From: an uncultured Clostridia bacterium
GTDB taxonomy: Bacteria > Bacillota > Clostridia > Christensenellales > Pumilibacteraceae
Direction: 5' to 3'
Assembly (NCBI GenBank): GCA_947598585.1
Contig: CANQFK010000006.1
Span: 36,418 to 60,417, forward strand
DNA: 24,000 nucleotides
Positions 22,529-24,000 of this stretch are shown here, piece by piece (the first letter of the stretch is position 1; each line of letters begins with the position of its first letter). The translations under genes and the position numbers were made by a program. The notes beneath the pieces were generated by a model. It was not told where the DNA came from. It saw nothing but the letters and a program-made list of their open reading frames with translations, and searched no databases.

Positions 22529-23326
22529 CTATACCAAACTTGTCTTATTGAGTATAACGTTGCTCACCGCTCCGAGCCCCGCGGCAAATAAGGGTCCGCC
22601 GAGAACGCAAAGAGCGACGTTGAACGCGCCCGAATCGAGCGGCGTCATCATGGGGATCATGGTAAACAGGAGCATTCCCGCCGCCAAAGAGCCGAGGATA
22701 GAGAGCCAAAGTTTTTGCTTACCGACGGTGGCAAGGGTCAGAGCGATCGACACGAATACGAGCGCGAAGAATATTTTGCTTATCATGCAAGCGACGATCC
22801 CGCCTGCGCTTGCCCCTACCGAGGCAAGGTCGAAGGAAAGCCCCGCGATCCCGCCGCCTATCATTGCTCCAACAAAATAGAGAACGAACATTCCCACCGA
22901 AGCCGTAAACAGCACGATCGTTTTTGAGAGGACATAATCGGTCTTTTTCGCGCGCACCGTGAACAGGTTTTTGACGTATCCGCTTCGGAAGTCCTCGCCC
23001 ACGAACAGGCACACGAATATCGCCACAAGGAAATACAGGAGATTTATATTGCACATGCTCGTAAGGTCCATACTCATGGCGTTTCCGCCCGCCGAGCCTA
23101 TCGCCTGCCAGACGTTCGTAAACGTTTCTACCGTTGTTTCCACGCCCGTCTGCGGATTTACCATCGTCCCGCCCATGAAAGAAGTCATCACGAGGATAAG
23201 AATGGGAAGCGCGAGAGAAATGCCGAGCATTATCCAAACCGTGGGCATAGTGAACATTCTGCGCGCGTCCACTTTGAGCATGGTTTTCAGGCGTTTTATA
23301 AAGTCGTTTTTGACATTCGCGTTCAT
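22529..23326 (-). CDS. ABC-2 type transporter permease
   Basis: 265 aa with about 6 TM segments. The N-terminal amphipathic region (KRLKTMLKVDARRMF) is followed by a large first external loop. Its start lies 1 nt after the stop of the ATPase gene. Confidence 0.8.
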   Translation of the reverse strand: MNANVKNDFIKRLKTMLKVDARRMFTMPTVWIMLGISLALPILILVMTSFMGGTMVNPQTGVETTVETFTNVWQAIGSAGGNAMSMDLTSMCNINLLYFLVAIFVCLFVGEDFRSGYVKNLFTVRAKKTDYVLSKTIVLFTASVGMFVLYFVGAMIGGGIAGLSFDLASVGASAGGIVACMISKIFFALVFVSIALTLATVGKQKLWLSILGSLAAGMLLFTMIPMMTPLDSGAFNVALCVLGGPLFAAGLGAVSNVILNKTSLV

Positions 23327-23327
23327 G

Positions 23328-24000
23328 TTATTTTCCCTCCTGCATGAGATCGATATAATATTCTTCGAGGCTTATCTTTGCCGTGCGAATTTCGCTGACG
23401 GCAATGCCGTGTTGCTTGTAAAGAAAGCCCGCGACCTCCTCCGCGCTCGCGCCATAGACGCGGATCTCGCCCGTCTGTTCGTCTGTATCCGCCCGTCCGA
23501 ACGCACGCTGTAAGATCGCCCTCGTCTTTTCGATCTCGTCCGTTTTGAGGGCAACATAGGTCGGGCAGTCGGCGTTCAGCTGTTCGGCGGTCATTTCTTT
23601 GAGCATTTTTCCGCCGCGGATAATGCCGTAATGGGTGGCGATTTTTTCAAGTTCGCCCAAGATATGCGAGGAAATAAGGACTGTCGTACCGCGTTTCGAA
23701 AGGTCGGTCAAGATCTCTCGCATAATGCGCATACCGTCGGCGTCCAACCCGTTGATCGGCTCGTCGAGAACGAGAAGTTGCGGATTTCCGAGAAGCGCAA
23801 ACGCAATACCTATTCGCTGTTTCATGCCGAGCGAACAGTTCTTGAATTTATTGCTCGCCGCACCGTCCATGCGAACGAGGTGCAACACGCGCCGTATTTC
23901 TTCGTCCTCGTTTTTTATCCCGAGGTTGGCGGCTTGCAACTTCATATTGTTCCAGACGGTGTAATTGGGAAAGCAGCCGGGGGCTTCGATAAGGACGCCG
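23328..24000 (-). CDS. ABC transporter ATP-binding protein (3' part; the N-terminus with Walker A lies right of the window)
   Basis: The frame stays open upstream of the track's Met at 23945 (..GVLIEAPGCFPNYTVWNNMKLQAANLG..). It has the ABC signature-like CSLGMKQR and the Walker B LLVLDEPINGLD, with the H-loop in VLISSH. A C-terminal accessory domain is typical of ABC-2 exporter ATPases. Confidence 0.9.
   Translation of the reverse strand, partial: GVLIEAPGCFPNYTVWNNMKLQAANLGIKNEDEEIRRVLHLVRMDGAASNKFKNCSLGMKQRIGIAFALLGNPQLLVLDEPINGLDADGMRIMREILTDLSKRGTTVLISSHILGELEKIATHYGIIRGGKMLKEMTAEQLNADCPTYVALKTDEIEKTRAILQRAFGRADTDEQTGEIRVYGASAEEVAGFLYKQHGIAVSEIRTAKISLEEYYIDLMQEGK

Noticed and set aside
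1-24000. Search for CRISPR arrays, tRNA/rRNA genes, IS elements, integrases, phage genes or known defence-system genes
   Set aside because: I noticed no regularly spaced repeats, no cloverleaf-like or rRNA-like sequences and no transposase, recombinase or phage-like ORFs on either strand. The only repeats seen are the 22-nt gene-start duplicate (1780/2616) and the 12-nt tandem at 7305.

Overview
This looks like a Firmicutes/Clostridia chromosomal segment. It has sigA-type TTGACA/TATAAT promoters, AGGAGG ribosome-binding sites, a Bacillus-type large SRP RNA and AddAB. Most of the window is minus-strand housekeeping: the 5' part of ileS, the SRP RNA gene ffs (missed by the ORF track), the rpmH-rnpA-yidD-yidC-jag operon (rpmH also missed by the track), the membrane pyrophosphatase hppA, addB-addA, and an ABC-2 exporter pair running off the right edge. 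Between these lie loci of unknown function. They are: (1) a visibly AT-richer lipoprotein gene with a decayed tandem copy; (2) a DUF362 plus ECF-S-like operon; (3) a plus-strand operon encoding a CXXC-tailed polytopic membrane protein and a NapH-like polyferredoxin fused to an extracytoplasmic TlpA-type thioredoxin; (4) a flavin reductase with an apparent frameshift; (5) a 1.8-kb islet of five small orphan genes (two putative lipoproteins, a Cys-rich phase-shifted Cna-B domain protein, a probably leaderless 89-aa membrane protein, and a 51-aa ORF). I saw no CRISPR array, tRNA/rRNA, transposase, integrase or recognisable defence genes. The best candidates for novelty are the redox fusion operon and the permuted Cna-B protein. 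Both are hypotheses from motif reading only. No database search or folding calculation could be run.
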